From the NCBI GenBank assembly GCA_034530875.2, contig JAVRCJ020000003.1, positions 160,001-224,000 on the forward strand: DNA of 64,000 bases, given 5' to 3'. Made by a program: the position numbers and the translations under genes. This DNA comes from Nostoc sp. DedSLP01 (GTDB lineage: Bacteria > Cyanobacteriota > Cyanobacteriia > Cyanobacteriales > Nostocaceae). Each line of letters begins with the position of its first letter. Position 1 is the stretch's first letter. The notes under the pieces are model-generated. The model was given only the letters and a program-made list of their open reading frames with translations. It was not told the DNA's origin and did not search any database. Of the stretch, positions 1 to 10,486 are shown piece by piece.

Positions 1-501
1 CCCATCGATGTTTGGCAATACCATTCACCCGATAGTAACTACACCATTGAAGAATCCCTGACACCAGTCAAAGAAGCAGTAGAAGCAGGTTTGATTCGGT
101 TTGTGGGAGTATCTAATTTCTCCGTCGAACAAATTAAGCGGGCGCAGGATGTGGTAGATATTGTCTCGGTGCAAAATCAATACAGTCCTTGGGTACGACA
201 GCCAGAATTTGACGGTGTGCTGGAGTATTGCGAAGAACAAGGATTGACTTTTTTACCCTGGAGTCCTTTTGGTGGTAGGCGTCGTCATCAGGACTTACAA
301 GATATCCCAGCGATCGCTAACTTGGCTCAAAAAAAAGGCGTATCAGCGTATAATATTGTTCTGGCGTGGTTGCGTTCCAAGTCTCCTGCTATTTTGCCAA
401 TTCCTGGAGCTAGCAAAATCTCTAGTATTGAAGATTCAGCACGAGCTATCAATGTGAAACTATCTGAAGAAGAAGTGCAAAAAATTGATGCGGCAACTTA
501 A
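1..501 (+). CDS. Aldo/keto reductase (5' partial, begins before the window)
   Basis: IRFVGVSNFS, VQNQYSP, LPWSPFGG and ILPIPGAS are AKR family motifs; the frame is open to the left edge. Confidence 0.9.
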   Translation, partial: PIDVWQYHSPDSNYTIEESLTPVKEAVEAGLIRFVGVSNFSVEQIKRAQDVVDIVSVQNQYSPWVRQPEFDGVLEYCEEQGLTFLPWSPFGGRRRHQDLQDIPAIANLAQKKGVSAYNIVLAWLRSKSPAILPIPGASKISSIEDSARAINVKLSEEEVQKIDAAT

Positions 502-667
502 TTATTATCTGGGAATTCAGAATTCAGGAGCCAGAAGTCAGAATCGATGTGGGTTTGGCTTGATTACGAAGGAAAGAAGATAAATGCAAAATTAATTTTT
601 TTGACTTTCTGATTGCTGAATTATTACATCGTTATTCCACAGTAATAGACTTGCTAAATACTATAGC

Positions 668-698
668 AACCCGGTTTCTTAAAAAAACCGGGTTTTTT
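668..698. terminator. Hairpin AACCCGGTTT-N7-AAACCGGGTT followed by T tract; possible terminator or small palindromic repeat
   Basis: 10-bp perfect inverted repeat at 668-677/685-694. Confidence 0.5.
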
Positions 699-766
699 AT
701 CAAGTAGGCTATCCATCAAATTAAACTGGATATGGCACTATTATCCAAGTAATTAAACTAAAATTT

Positions 767-1603
767 ATGCAGTCAAATTTTGCAAACAATAGACTAAAGC
801 AGATAGTGAAAGCTTTTGCTATTTTGCTACTGCTTTCTCCCTTGTATTTACAAAATCCAGTAGAAGCACAACCACAGCAAAATACCAAACTTCTACCATT
901 TTTTGATAATGTAGATAATCCGGTTCCTGTTCGTTTTCCTTCAGAACAACAGTTAGATATCACACCGCCACAACCGCAGTTAAATTCTTTTGACCAAGCT
1001 GTATTAAAAATTTGTGGCTCTATTGGTACGAAAGTTAATGCTAATAGTTTTAAACAGTTATTATCTTCTTATCCAGATGTCTTACAGAAAGTTCAGCAAG
1101 CTAGTGGTGGCGAACTACTTCCTGGACGTAAGAAGAAAGCACAATTTTTGGATGATTTAACTAATATTTGGTTTAAACGTCGCGGGTTTGAACATATCTT
1201 TTGTGGCGAAATTTATAATCCTAATGATATTGGCGGTTTACATTTTTATGGTAGATATTTACAGTTACAAAATGAAGGCATAGGCGGACGGCTACCGAAT
1301 AATCAAGGGCGGGAGGAAGTTGTTCCTGGGGTAATTTATACAATGGGTGTGATAATTAAACAGAAAAATCGTACAGTCACAGATGTCATCAAAGGCTATG
1401 GCTATCTCAGCAATGCAGAAGAAATGCTTTTAGATGCTACTAAAATATTTAAACTTCAAGGAAATAAAGAGGGAGCGTGTATTTATAATGTAAGCGATCG
1501 CGAAACTGGTAAATCCTTTCCTACAGTTTTTGTCAGAGAACAAAAAGCAATTATTACTTATTATCCTGATGCTACTCCTCAGGGTGCAAAATGTAAAAAT
1601 TGA
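767..1603 (+). CDS. Secreted bacterial EndoU-domain nuclease
   Basis: Hydrophobic N-terminal segment ending VEA (signal-peptide-like); GFEHIFCGE and GGLHF carry the EndoU histidine pair. Confidence 0.8.
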   Translation: MQSNFANNRLKQIVKAFAILLLLSPLYLQNPVEAQPQQNTKLLPFFDNVDNPVPVRFPSEQQLDITPPQPQLNSFDQAVLKICGSIGTKVNANSFKQLLSSYPDVLQKVQQASGGELLPGRKKKAQFLDDLTNIWFKRRGFEHIFCGEIYNPNDIGGLHFYGRYLQLQNEGIGGRLPNNQGREEVVPGVIYTMGVIIKQKNRTVTDVIKGYGYLSNAEEMLLDATKIFKLQGNKEGACIYNVSDRETGKSFPTVFVREQKAIITYYPDATPQGAKCKN

Positions 1604-1673
1604 ATTAGAGATGGGACGAAATCAATCCTAAGCCATTAGCCCTCTATATTAAAATCTATCTGGGATAAGTACG

Positions 1674-2222
1674 ATGATATTAGAAACAAATCGCTTGCTA
1701 ATGCGTGAGTTTATAGATACAGATTGGCAGGCAGTTTTTGCTTATCAATCTGACCCTTTATACTTACTTTATACTGACTGGACGCATCGTACAGAAAATG
1801 ATGTTTGCGAGTTTGTCCAAATGTTTATTAATCAGCAAAAAGAGGAACCAAGGACAAAATTTCAGTTAGCTGTCGTTCTCAAAGAAGAAAATCGGCTAAT
1901 TGGCAATTGTGGTATTCGCGTCAACGACCTAGAACTAAAAGAAGCAAATATCGGTTATGAAATAAACTCTCAGTATTGGGGACAAGGTTATGCAACAGAA
2001 ACAGCACAGGCAATTTTAAAGTTCGGCTTTGACAAGTTGGGAATGCATCGTATTTGGGCATGGTGTGTTACCGAAAATATCGGCTCTGTAAGAGTATTAG
2101 AAAAAATTGGGATGCATCGTGAAGGTCATCTAGGAGAAAAAGAGTTAATTAAAGGTAGATGGTATGACAATTTTATTTACGCTATCCTTGAATCGGAATG
2201 GAAAATCTCACTCAATAATTAA
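1674..2222 (+). CDS. GNAT acetyltransferase, RimJ/RimL family
   Basis: ILETNRLLMRE, EANIGY, YWGQGYATE and NIGSVRVLEKIGM motifs. Confidence 0.9.
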   Translation: MILETNRLLMREFIDTDWQAVFAYQSDPLYLLYTDWTHRTENDVCEFVQMFINQQKEEPRTKFQLAVVLKEENRLIGNCGIRVNDLELKEANIGYEINSQYWGQGYATETAQAILKFGFDKLGMHRIWAWCVTENIGSVRVLEKIGMHREGHLGEKELIKGRWYDNFIYAILESEWKISLNN

Positions 2223-2231
2223 ACGCAATTA

Positions 2232-2927
2232 CTAGATTGCACCAGAAGCAATCGCATCTAATTTTTTCGCATCAAGTATTGTAATCTTTCCACCCCGACT
2301 ATAATTAATTACTGACTTAAGACTTTTAATTAACCGCACGCATTCTTCGTAAGTAATGCCGCTACTCCGAGCTATACGGTAATAAGATAATCTGACTTTT
2401 AGACACTCTCCCTGTGGAGTTAAATCAGTTCCTGATTCAGTAGCAAAATATTGAATTAATCTCGCAATACGAACAATAGCTCTTTCAGAAACTAATCCGT
2501 GGACTGTTTCATGTAATTGCTGAATCCGATTATTAAAAACCATCAACATTCGTAATGCGATTTCGGGATTTTTCTGAATAGCTTTTAATAAAGCATCTCG
2601 CTCTACTGTCAAAATCTCACAATCAGATTCAGCCGTCACAGTTGCCGGAGAAATGCCATTTCCTAACAAAGCAGGAGCAGCAAAAATTTCTCCAGCAGCT
2701 AGAACGCGGAAAATCGTTTCTTTCCCAGTTGTTGCTGTTTTGCTAACTTGAATCGATCCACTGACAACAGCATACAGTTTGGCTGGTAAGCGATCGCCTT
2801 CATGCAGAATAATTTCTCCTTTGTAATAGCGATGCACCTGAGTGTAAGGTTGCAAAGTTACTGTGTCTGCTATTTCCAAACCTGCAAACACAGTAATTTG
2901 TAAAAGTTGTTCCACCGATGCCTGCAT
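2232..2927 (-). CDS. Crp/Fnr family transcriptional regulator
   Basis: cNMP-binding fold (ILHEGD, LYAVVSGSIQV, GEIF, ATVTAESDC) and C-terminal HTH; ATG at 2927 lies just after the amidase stop and is preferred over the overlapping ORF start at 2969. Confidence 0.85.
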   Translation of the reverse strand: MQASVEQLLQITVFAGLEIADTVTLQPYTQVHRYYKGEIILHEGDRLPAKLYAVVSGSIQVSKTATTGKETIFRVLAAGEIFAAPALLGNGISPATVTAESDCEILTVERDALLKAIQKNPEIALRMLMVFNNRIQQLHETVHGLVSERAIVRIARLIQYFATESGTDLTPQGECLKVRLSYYRIARSSGITYEECVRLIKSLKSVINYSRGGKITILDAKKLDAIASGAI

Positions 2928-2929
2928 AA

Positions 2930-4333
2930 TTAGCCTGATATTGCAAAGGCTGGACGATGCCCAATCCAAGGTTTAGCTGCTTCTATTTGTGCTGCAAGGC
3001 TGATAAGTGTTGCTTCAGCCGCAGGTTTGCCAATTAGCTGCACGCTGATGGGTAAACCATTATTATCAAATCCTACAGGAATTGCGATCGCTGGTTGTCC
3101 AGTTGCATTGGCAGGAGGACAAGGGGCAACCCATTGCACGATATTTTGAAATGTCTCTTCTGGACTCAAATCAGCCCATTCTCCAACACGGATGGGCGAA
3201 TGTAAATAAACTGGTAATACCAGCACATCCACGGTATCGAAAAACGCCACAATTTGCCGTGCCACTATCTGCATTTTGGCAACTGCTTGCAAATACTCAG
3301 CGACGGAACCCGTGCGGGCAAATAGCCAGCGATTCAACGACTGTAAAGCTTCAACGGGAAGTCCTGAGGCAGCTACCCCAGCTTGCCAGACGATTTGAAA
3401 TGGTTCAACTAAACCACTGAAATCTGGAGATTTCTGTTCGACTTGATGGCCTAGTTCTTCTAATAACTTGACTGTTTCGCAGACACCTTGCTGACAGTTG
3501 GCGTCAGCTTCTCCCAAAGGGCTGATGCTAGTGTCAAAGGCAATTCGCAAAGTGTCAGGTTTCGTTTTGCTGGCGGCCAGAAATGGTATTTCGGGATCTG
3601 GTAACCAGTAAGGATCGCCTGTGACATAGCCAGATATGACATCTAAAAGGGCAGCAGCATCACCTACAGTCCTAGCTATCGGGCCGTTGACGGCAATTCC
3701 GGCGAGGCGTTCGCCTACGGGTGCTTTACTCACCCTACCTCGTGAGGGTTTCAGCCCCACCAAACCACAACAAGCCGCAGGGCCTCGAATCGAACCGCCA
3801 CCATCAGAACCTTGGGCAATGGCACATAATCCTGCTGCTACCGCCGCCGCCGCACCACCACTAGAACCACCAGGAGTATATTCTAAATTCCACGGATTTC
3901 TCGCTGGCGGAAAGCCCGTAGGTTCGCTGTAAGGGAATGAGCCTAATTCGGAAGTAGCAGTTTTACCGAGAATCGTAAACCCAGCTTGCTTAATCCGGGT
4001 GACAACGCCATCATCATAGTCAGGGACATTATTTATTAATGCTGGATTTCCATAAGTACACGTAACACCTGATAAAGCATTTAAGTCTTTAATGGAAATC
4101 GGCACGCCAAAAAATGGCGGTAGTTGTGAGGTAGTTGTCAATAATTCTGTTTTGGCTTTGGCATCTGCGATCGCCATTTCTGCCGTAACTGTAAAATAAC
4201 TCCCTAATTGCGGATTTAACTGGCTAATCCGTTCTAAATATATTTCTACTAATTCTAGCGGTGATACTTCCCGCCGACGGATTAATTCGGCTAACTCTAG
4301 TACTGGAGTAAATGCTAAATCAACTTTATTCAT
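2930..4333 (-). CDS. Amidase (amidase-signature family)
   Basis: GVPISIKD, TPGGSSGGAAAAVAAG and GSDGGGSIRGPA signature. Confidence 0.95.
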   Translation of the reverse strand: MNKVDLAFTPVLELAELIRRREVSPLELVEIYLERISQLNPQLGSYFTVTAEMAIADAKAKTELLTTTSQLPPFFGVPISIKDLNALSGVTCTYGNPALINNVPDYDDGVVTRIKQAGFTILGKTATSELGSFPYSEPTGFPPARNPWNLEYTPGGSSGGAAAAVAAGLCAIAQGSDGGGSIRGPAACCGLVGLKPSRGRVSKAPVGERLAGIAVNGPIARTVGDAAALLDVISGYVTGDPYWLPDPEIPFLAASKTKPDTLRIAFDTSISPLGEADANCQQGVCETVKLLEELGHQVEQKSPDFSGLVEPFQIVWQAGVAASGLPVEALQSLNRWLFARTGSVAEYLQAVAKMQIVARQIVAFFDTVDVLVLPVYLHSPIRVGEWADLSPEETFQNIVQWVAPCPPANATGQPAIAIPVGFDNNGLPISVQLIGKPAAEATLISLAAQIEAAKPWIGHRPAFAISG

Positions 4334-4541
4334 AGGTTAGTGAAAGGGTCATTTTCTCTTTCTCTAGGATTTTTAAACTGAAATTGTTACTTTAGCAGGA
4401 TTTAAGGGAAATATAAATTCTATAGTTACTAAAATTTGTCATTCATTTAGGATAGTCAGATGCAATAAGCGTGGTTATGTTCATACTCCTGTCATTTTCA
4501 TTGTTTCGCATATACTTTCGACAAATCCCTAAGGGGTATTT

Positions 4542-6005
4542 ATGACTAACCTAGAATTGCTTGTTAGCGATCTACCAAAATTGATTGGGAATCTCAAGCT
4601 TACTATTGGGGATTCTCATGAAATCATGCAACAAATTATTCCCATTGATAATACTCAAGAAAAGCTGCGCGAAATTCAAAAGTTAATCCTTCAGGAATTA
4701 CAAGTTAACAACATTAAAAATTCTGCGATCGCTACACTTCCTCGAACTGCTACAGTAGCTAGTTTATTTATTCCTAATATTGGATTAATAGAGCCACCCC
4801 TAGCTGCAAAATTTGGTAACTGGGAAACTCATATTTCTTTGAATGATTTACAAAAAAAAATTGATACTTGGATTGAGTGGGGTTATTTTTTGCAAGCTTT
4901 AGCGGCTGATATTCTCAGTGATATTCCCTTAGTCAATCAACTTAACTCTGATATTAACCATGTCAGTCTACCCCACAAATTTCAAGCGCTCAGAGAAGAT
5001 TTAAAAATTAATTTAGCTGTTAACAATCCTAAAAAATTACAATATCAATTTCAAAAAATCAGTATTTATCAGAAAGATTTATTACAAATACAGCAAAAAA
5101 TTGATTGTATTTTTACTACTATTAAAAATAGTCATAGTTTGTTAAATATTTTATTAGGTGTTTCTGCTTTTTGTGGTAAATCTGGGTTTACCTTGGAATG
5201 GTTAGATGATGACCACGAATTAATTATATCAAGCGATGGTAGATTTCAAGAGTTAACAGATATTTTGAATGAATGCGATTTTTTTCAAGAAGAAATTGCT
5301 GCTTTAATCGTTAAATGTGAAACTTTAATCGAGCAAGCAGAACAAATTTTAATAAAACTCGAGCAGCAAAAAACTAAAAAAATAGTTATTAATAATGAAC
5401 AATTAGAATTTTTACCAAAATTTGCCATCAAAAAAAAAGTAAAAACAGCTTTTATCTTAGCTTCAAGTTTAATAGTTTTAGGTTTCGGTAGTTGGAAAGT
5501 TCAACAGCATAGTCAAAAATTACATAATCTTAACCAAGAAACAAGGGCGATCGCCAATTTAAAATCTGCACAAAAACTTGCTACAGAAGCTGCTTCTTTA
5601 GCTCAAAAACCGCCACATTCTCTGCAAGTCTGGCAGCAAGCAGAAACTAAATGGTATCAAGCAATAAACTTATTAAATAGCATTCCTGCTCAAACCTCAG
5701 TTTACGACCAAGCAAAGAATAAATTAACTTACTACCGAATTAACTATGAAGCTATTAGCCAAAGAGTTTTAATTGAAAAAAAAGCAGTCGCCAACCTAGA
5801 ATTAGCCCATAAGCTAGCAATAGAAGCTACTCTGCTTGTACAAAATTCGCCTTATTCAACCAGAACTCGCCAGCAAGCAAAAGAGAAATGGAAAGAAGCA
5901 ATCAATTTATTAGAAGTTATTCCAGAAAATAGCTATGTTTCTATACAAGCTCAAGAAACGCTTTCTATTTATAAAAATATTTATGCAGCTATTAGAGTCA
6001 GATAA
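4542..6005 (+). CDS. Hypothetical membrane-anchored helical protein with a duplicated C-terminal repeat
   Basis: 487-aa ORF; one hydrophobic segment (AFILASSLIVLGFGSW); two copies of AxxL..P.S...QQA..KW..AINLL..IP..S.Y..A. Confidence 0.7.
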   Translation: MTNLELLVSDLPKLIGNLKLTIGDSHEIMQQIIPIDNTQEKLREIQKLILQELQVNNIKNSAIATLPRTATVASLFIPNIGLIEPPLAAKFGNWETHISLNDLQKKIDTWIEWGYFLQALAADILSDIPLVNQLNSDINHVSLPHKFQALREDLKINLAVNNPKKLQYQFQKISIYQKDLLQIQQKIDCIFTTIKNSHSLLNILLGVSAFCGKSGFTLEWLDDDHELIISSDGRFQELTDILNECDFFQEEIAALIVKCETLIEQAEQILIKLEQQKTKKIVINNEQLEFLPKFAIKKKVKTAFILASSLIVLGFGSWKVQQHSQKLHNLNQETRAIANLKSAQKLATEAASLAQKPPHSLQVWQQAETKWYQAINLLNSIPAQTSVYDQAKNKLTYYRINYEAISQRVLIEKKAVANLELAHKLAIEATLLVQNSPYSTRTRQQAKEKWKEAINLLEVIPENSYVSIQAQETLSIYKNIYAAIRVR

Positions 6006-6274
6006 TCCAAAATTAAAAAAGCATTGGTTCTCAATCTAACCACGAACATGAAATTTCGATACTCATCGAATGACTGATAATTAAGGATTCAGTACAGTGA
6101 TTCTACTAAATTTAATATTTTATTTATATTCTCAGGGGTTTTCCGTAGCGATGCCCAAAATCCTTGCAAATCAAGCTTTTACGATAAATAGTTTGTGTTT
6201 AGCGTATAGCGCTATACATGAAAAATGATCTTTAGAATACTTTTCTGTTCAAGTAAAAACTATATATTTTGCAC

Positions 6275-6476
6275 ATCTAGCACAGTAGGAAACGCCGAGG
6301 GGGAGACTAGGTAAAAGGTACAAGGTAAAAAGTACAAAGTAATTAAGGTAAGTTTCCTTCTTCATTTTTGCCAGCTTTCTATCCTTGTGGCGCAAGCATT
6401 TTCCCTGCTCCGTCTCGGCGTTTTGATTTTTCCTTCATCCGTTGCAGCAAGCTCACAACAGCTGCGACGGATTTTT
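6275..6476 (+). ncRNA. Candidate small non-coding RNA
   Basis: Long-range stem 6290-6305/6408-6423, a 12-bp terminator-like hairpin 6437-6472 with T tract, TATATT upstream (~6263) and no ORF; family not identified. Confidence 0.45.
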
Positions 6477-6695
6477 GCTTTCTCTAGTTTCTTAGTTCTC
6501 AACTATTAGTTTTTGCAAACCTTAGTTGGTAACCTAAGTAAATAACTTTATTCTAGTGATTTGTCAATATTTTTGTAAAAATATTTTATGAGATTTATTA
6601 GATTGCAGATGGACAATTGGGCATTGGTCATTAGTCATTAGTTTTCCCCTGCTCCCCCTGCCCCCCCTGCTCCTCTGCCCCTTGTCCCACTATCC

Positions 6696-7979
6696 CTATT
6701 CCTGCGCCCCAGCGTTTTGCAAACACCGCACCACGCTTTGATAACCATTAAATTCTGCGATCGCCAAAGCAGTATAACCGCCGCGGTTTTTTAAATTTAC
6801 GTCTGCTCCGGCTTGGAGTAATAACTCCACAATCTCTGCGTAACCGGCTGAAGCTGCCCACATTAATGCTGTTGCTACTGCTGAGTCTTGAAAATTCACA
6901 TCTGCCCCCTTTGTTAAGAGCATTTGTATCACCTCTGTATGCTGGCGTTCGGTTGCTTTAATCAAAGCACTTTTGCCATCATCTGCTGGAAGATTGGCAT
7001 CAGCGCCATAATCCAGCAATGCTTTCACAGTTGGGACATGCCCTTGTGATGCAGCCAGCGTTAAAGGTGTTTCACCGAGGTTTTTTCCATTAATATCTGC
7101 CCCCGAACGCAACAGCGCTTCAACAATTGGGCTGTGCCCCTGCAATGCTGCTACTAGCAATGGTGTATCACCGAGGTGGTTTCTAATTTGGACATCCGCA
7201 CCTTTGTTGAGCAAGACTTCCACCACATCAACGTGGCCTTCAACAACGGCAAGATGTAAAGCAGTTTCACCATCTTGGTCTTGAAGATTAATCTGGGCAC
7301 CTCGATCTAGTAAAGCAGATGCGATCGCACTGTATCCCGCCGCCACCGCCGCCGATAACGCAGTCGCACCATCGGCATTTTTCGCTTTGACATTAGCCCC
7401 CGCCGCCAGCAACGCTTGCACAACTTCTAGATATCCCGAGTCAGCCGCTAACATTAGCGGTGTTTCGCCCTCTTCATCTGCAATATTGACATCAACACCA
7501 GTTTGGAGAATTGCTTTGATAACTTCTACGTGTCCGTGCTTCATTGCCAGTTTCAAAGCCGTATCATCATCTTTGTCGGCAATATCCACCAACGCACCAG
7601 CAGCTAATAAAGCTCGTACTACATCCAGATGACCTTTAACAACTGCTGCCATTAAAGCTGTGCTGCCATCTTCATTAGTGGCGTTGACATCAGCACCTTT
7701 TGAAACTAAAAGTTGCACAATGTCAAGCTGTTTGGCACTCGCTGCTAACATCAAAGCTGTCAAACCATAGAGTTTTCTTTTTAAATTGATATTAGCCCCA
7801 GCATCCAACAGCGATCGCGCAATTTCGGTGTAGCCTAAATTCGCAGCAAACATCAATGCCGTAGTGCCTTGGCGATCGCACGCATCCACAAAGGCTCCAT
7901 CAGCCAGTAACGCACACAGCCCCTTGATATCCCCATTTTTAGCAGCTTTCAGCAGCAAACTATGCTTGTTTTCAATCAT
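6696..7979 (-). CDS. Ankyrin repeat protein
   Basis: About a dozen G.TAL..AA..G...IV..LL..GADVN repeats. Confidence 0.95.
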   Translation of the reverse strand: MIENKHSLLLKAAKNGDIKGLCALLADGAFVDACDRQGTTALMFAANLGYTEIARSLLDAGANINLKRKLYGLTALMLAASAKQLDIVQLLVSKGADVNATNEDGSTALMAAVVKGHLDVVRALLAAGALVDIADKDDDTALKLAMKHGHVEVIKAILQTGVDVNIADEEGETPLMLAADSGYLEVVQALLAAGANVKAKNADGATALSAAVAAGYSAIASALLDRGAQINLQDQDGETALHLAVVEGHVDVVEVLLNKGADVQIRNHLGDTPLLVAALQGHSPIVEALLRSGADINGKNLGETPLTLAASQGHVPTVKALLDYGADANLPADDGKSALIKATERQHTEVIQMLLTKGADVNFQDSAVATALMWAASAGYAEIVELLLQAGADVNLKNRGGYTALAIAEFNGYQSVVRCLQNAGAQE

Positions 7980-8183
7980 CGATGAAGTCCCACCCAGGGA
8001 AGTTTTATTCGTCTACCCTCAAAATTCAGCTTAAGCCAAAACAAGCCCCAACGATTGACTCAACTTTCTACGAAACGCCCAATAAATTGCATTGTGAATT
8101 CTTTTTTAATTTGTGCAACTTTAGGCACAGAAAATAGAATTATGCTAACTTTTATGAAGATTTAATAATTGGGCGAGGACACG

Positions 8184-8654
8184 ATGAGTCTGGAACTTTC
8201 TCCGTCGGTGAAATATTGGCTGAACTTCTTTCATCCAGTGATGATGTGGGCGCTGTTAGTAGTCTCAATATATGCTGCCTATTTGGGGTTGCAAGTACAG
8301 CGCACTAGAAATGCTCAGGGCGAAGAAAAGAAAGAACTAATTAAAGGTAGATATAACGTTAGACATTACCAAATCGGGTCTATACTCCTAGCTTTGATGG
8401 TGGCAGGCGCAATTGGAGGGATGGCTGTCACTTACATCAATAATGGCAAGTTATTTGTAGGGCCTCACCTACTAGCAGGCTTGGGGATGACAGGTCTAAT
8501 TGCATTTTCTGCGGCTTTGTCTCCCTATATGCAAAAAGGAGCAAATTGGGCGCGTGCAACTCACATTTTGTTGAATTTCACGCTTTTAGGGCTTTTTGCT
8601 TGGCAAGCTGTCAGCGGGGTGCAAATTGTCCAAAAAATTCTTACTCAAGCTTAA
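8184..8654 (+). CDS. DUF4079-type membrane protein (cytochrome b561-like His pattern)
   Basis: Four hydrophobic helices with His in FHP, RHYQIG, GPHL and ATHI; ATG 8184 follows GAGG. Confidence 0.75.
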   Translation: MSLELSPSVKYWLNFFHPVMMWALLVVSIYAAYLGLQVQRTRNAQGEEKKELIKGRYNVRHYQIGSILLALMVAGAIGGMAVTYINNGKLFVGPHLLAGLGMTGLIAFSAALSPYMQKGANWARATHILLNFTLLGLFAWQAVSGVQIVQKILTQA

Positions 8655-8777
8655 TTAAGTAGTCATTTTTCATCTATAATATTTGTCCTTTGTCATCAAT
8701 CAATGACAAAGGACAAATTTTGTTTATGCTTGACCTGTAGTGTGTGAGAAAAACATAAAATCTACAAATCGCTGGAC

Positions 8778-9461
8778 TCACCGTTTTTTCTTGGAATTGG
8801 GAGGAAAGGGTATTTCCAAAGTTTTATGAAAATCTTCTTGGACTTTGCGAGTTAAGCGGCGGGAGACTTGACGGACAATTTGGTTAAGTAAGCGATCGCC
8901 TGTAGATTGAATTAAAGACTTTGGTAATCGCTGAATAAATCTAGGAAAGTGTATGTAAACTACTAAATCTAACTCCCATTCAACTTTTGTCACCTGCTCG
9001 ATACCCGTAGAAACATCACTTGCGGCGTTTTCTGTTAACCTCAGTGATGCTCGGTAATCTACGTCATAACCAGGCGGATGGTAATCGGGAATGGGAATTG
9101 TGCGGATGCGGTAAATACCCTCATCTGGAGGTAATAATTCCAAACCAATTTTCGGTTCTACCTCATAACCAAAAGAACCAAAACGACCAATTACTAGAGC
9201 ATAGCCATTTTCCCCCAACGGTTGCACCGTCATCGGTTCGGCGCAGCGTGAAAACCATAAACTGTGAGAATTTAGATACTCAGCAACTTTGGCTGCTGGA
9301 GCAAACATTTCCATACAGTCTTGATAACGACCGTTAAATTTTGTGAGCGTCGCTACATTCTCTTGTGTTAATGTCTCGTTTGCTTCTTCTGGGCTAGATG
9401 CTACTGGTAAGACTGTTTCTGTGATTTCCAAGGATTGGTATTCGCCGTTTCTTAAAAGCAT
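8778..9461 (-). CDS. DUF1997-type protein
   Basis: WFSRCAEPM, FGSFGYEVEPKIGLELLP and LPKSLIQSTGDRLLNQIV resemble the conserved cyanobacterial family. Confidence 0.75.
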   Translation of the reverse strand: MLLRNGEYQSLEITETVLPVASSPEEANETLTQENVATLTKFNGRYQDCMEMFAPAAKVAEYLNSHSLWFSRCAEPMTVQPLGENGYALVIGRFGSFGYEVEPKIGLELLPPDEGIYRIRTIPIPDYHPPGYDVDYRASLRLTENAASDVSTGIEQVTKVEWELDLVVYIHFPRFIQRLPKSLIQSTGDRLLNQIVRQVSRRLTRKVQEDFHKTLEIPFPPNSKKKR

Positions 9462-9639
9462 AAATACATGACTGTATACTTTGGCGTTTGTCTATATTAA
9501 TGATTCCCTGCTAACTTAGCTCGTTTCGCACAAGTATCCTATTTTGACAGAAACCTCAATAATCTTCCATCAACTCCATAGAATTACTAAAATAAAGAAC
9601 TGAACAAGCACACAATAGTTTCCCAGGATAGCATTTCTC

Positions 9640-10296
9640 ATGAAAGCATTTGTAGCAGGGGCAACAGGTGAAACAGGTCGCCGCATCGTGCAAGAATTGG
9701 TAGCGCGGAATATTCCCGTCCGCGCTCTAGTGCGGGATATAGAAAAAGCTAAGGGTATTGTGTCTCCGGAAGCTGAATTGGTAGTAGGTGACGTGTTACA
9801 ACCAGAAACTCTGACTGCTGCGTTGGGAGATAGCACAGTTGTGTTGGTTGCAACTGGGGCAAAACCTAGCTTTGACCCCACTGGCCCCTATAAAGTCGAT
9901 TTTGAAGGTACGAAAAATTTAGTCGATGCTGCTAAGGCAAAGGGAATTGAGCATTTTGTCTTGGTTTCTTCTTTGTGTACGTCTCAGTTTTTCCATCCAC
10001 TGAATTTGTTTTGGTTGATTTTGGTGTGGAAAAAGCAAGCTGAAGAATACATCCAAAAAAGTGGTCTTACCTATACGATTGTCCGGCCTGGTGGCTTAAA
10101 GAATGAAGATAATACTGACTCCATTGTGATGCAGGGTGCTGATACTCTGTTTGACGGTAGCATTCCTCGGCAAAAAGTCGCCCAGGTTAGCGTCGAAGCG
10201 CTGTTGGAACCAGCCGCGCGTAATAAAATTGTTGAGATTGTTGCTAAACCTGAAGCAGCGTCGAAAAGTTTTGCAGAGCTATTTCAACAGTGTTAG
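9640..10296 (+). CDS. NAD(P)-binding atypical SDR (TIC62/Ycf39-like)
   Basis: VAGATGETG Rossmann motif, VDFEGTKNLVDAAK and TIVRPGGL. Confidence 0.9.
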   Translation: MKAFVAGATGETGRRIVQELVARNIPVRALVRDIEKAKGIVSPEAELVVGDVLQPETLTAALGDSTVVLVATGAKPSFDPTGPYKVDFEGTKNLVDAAKAKGIEHFVLVSSLCTSQFFHPLNLFWLILVWKKQAEEYIQKSGLTYTIVRPGGLKNEDNTDSIVMQGADTLFDGSIPRQKVAQVSVEALLEPAARNKIVEIVAKPEAASKSFAELFQQC

Positions 10297-10486
10297 GTGG
10301 AAAAAGGGAGTAGGGAATGGGGAATAGGGAGTAGGGAAGGAATTTAGAAATTAGAGTTATGGCGATCGCTTTTTGGTCTGAAGGCGATCGCTCTTTATCT
10401 TATTCTGATTAAAAAAAGAATTGCATTATATTTATTTTCTACTCTTTTTTTGAAGAATAATTAAATAAGCAGTAGTTGAGGTAGCT

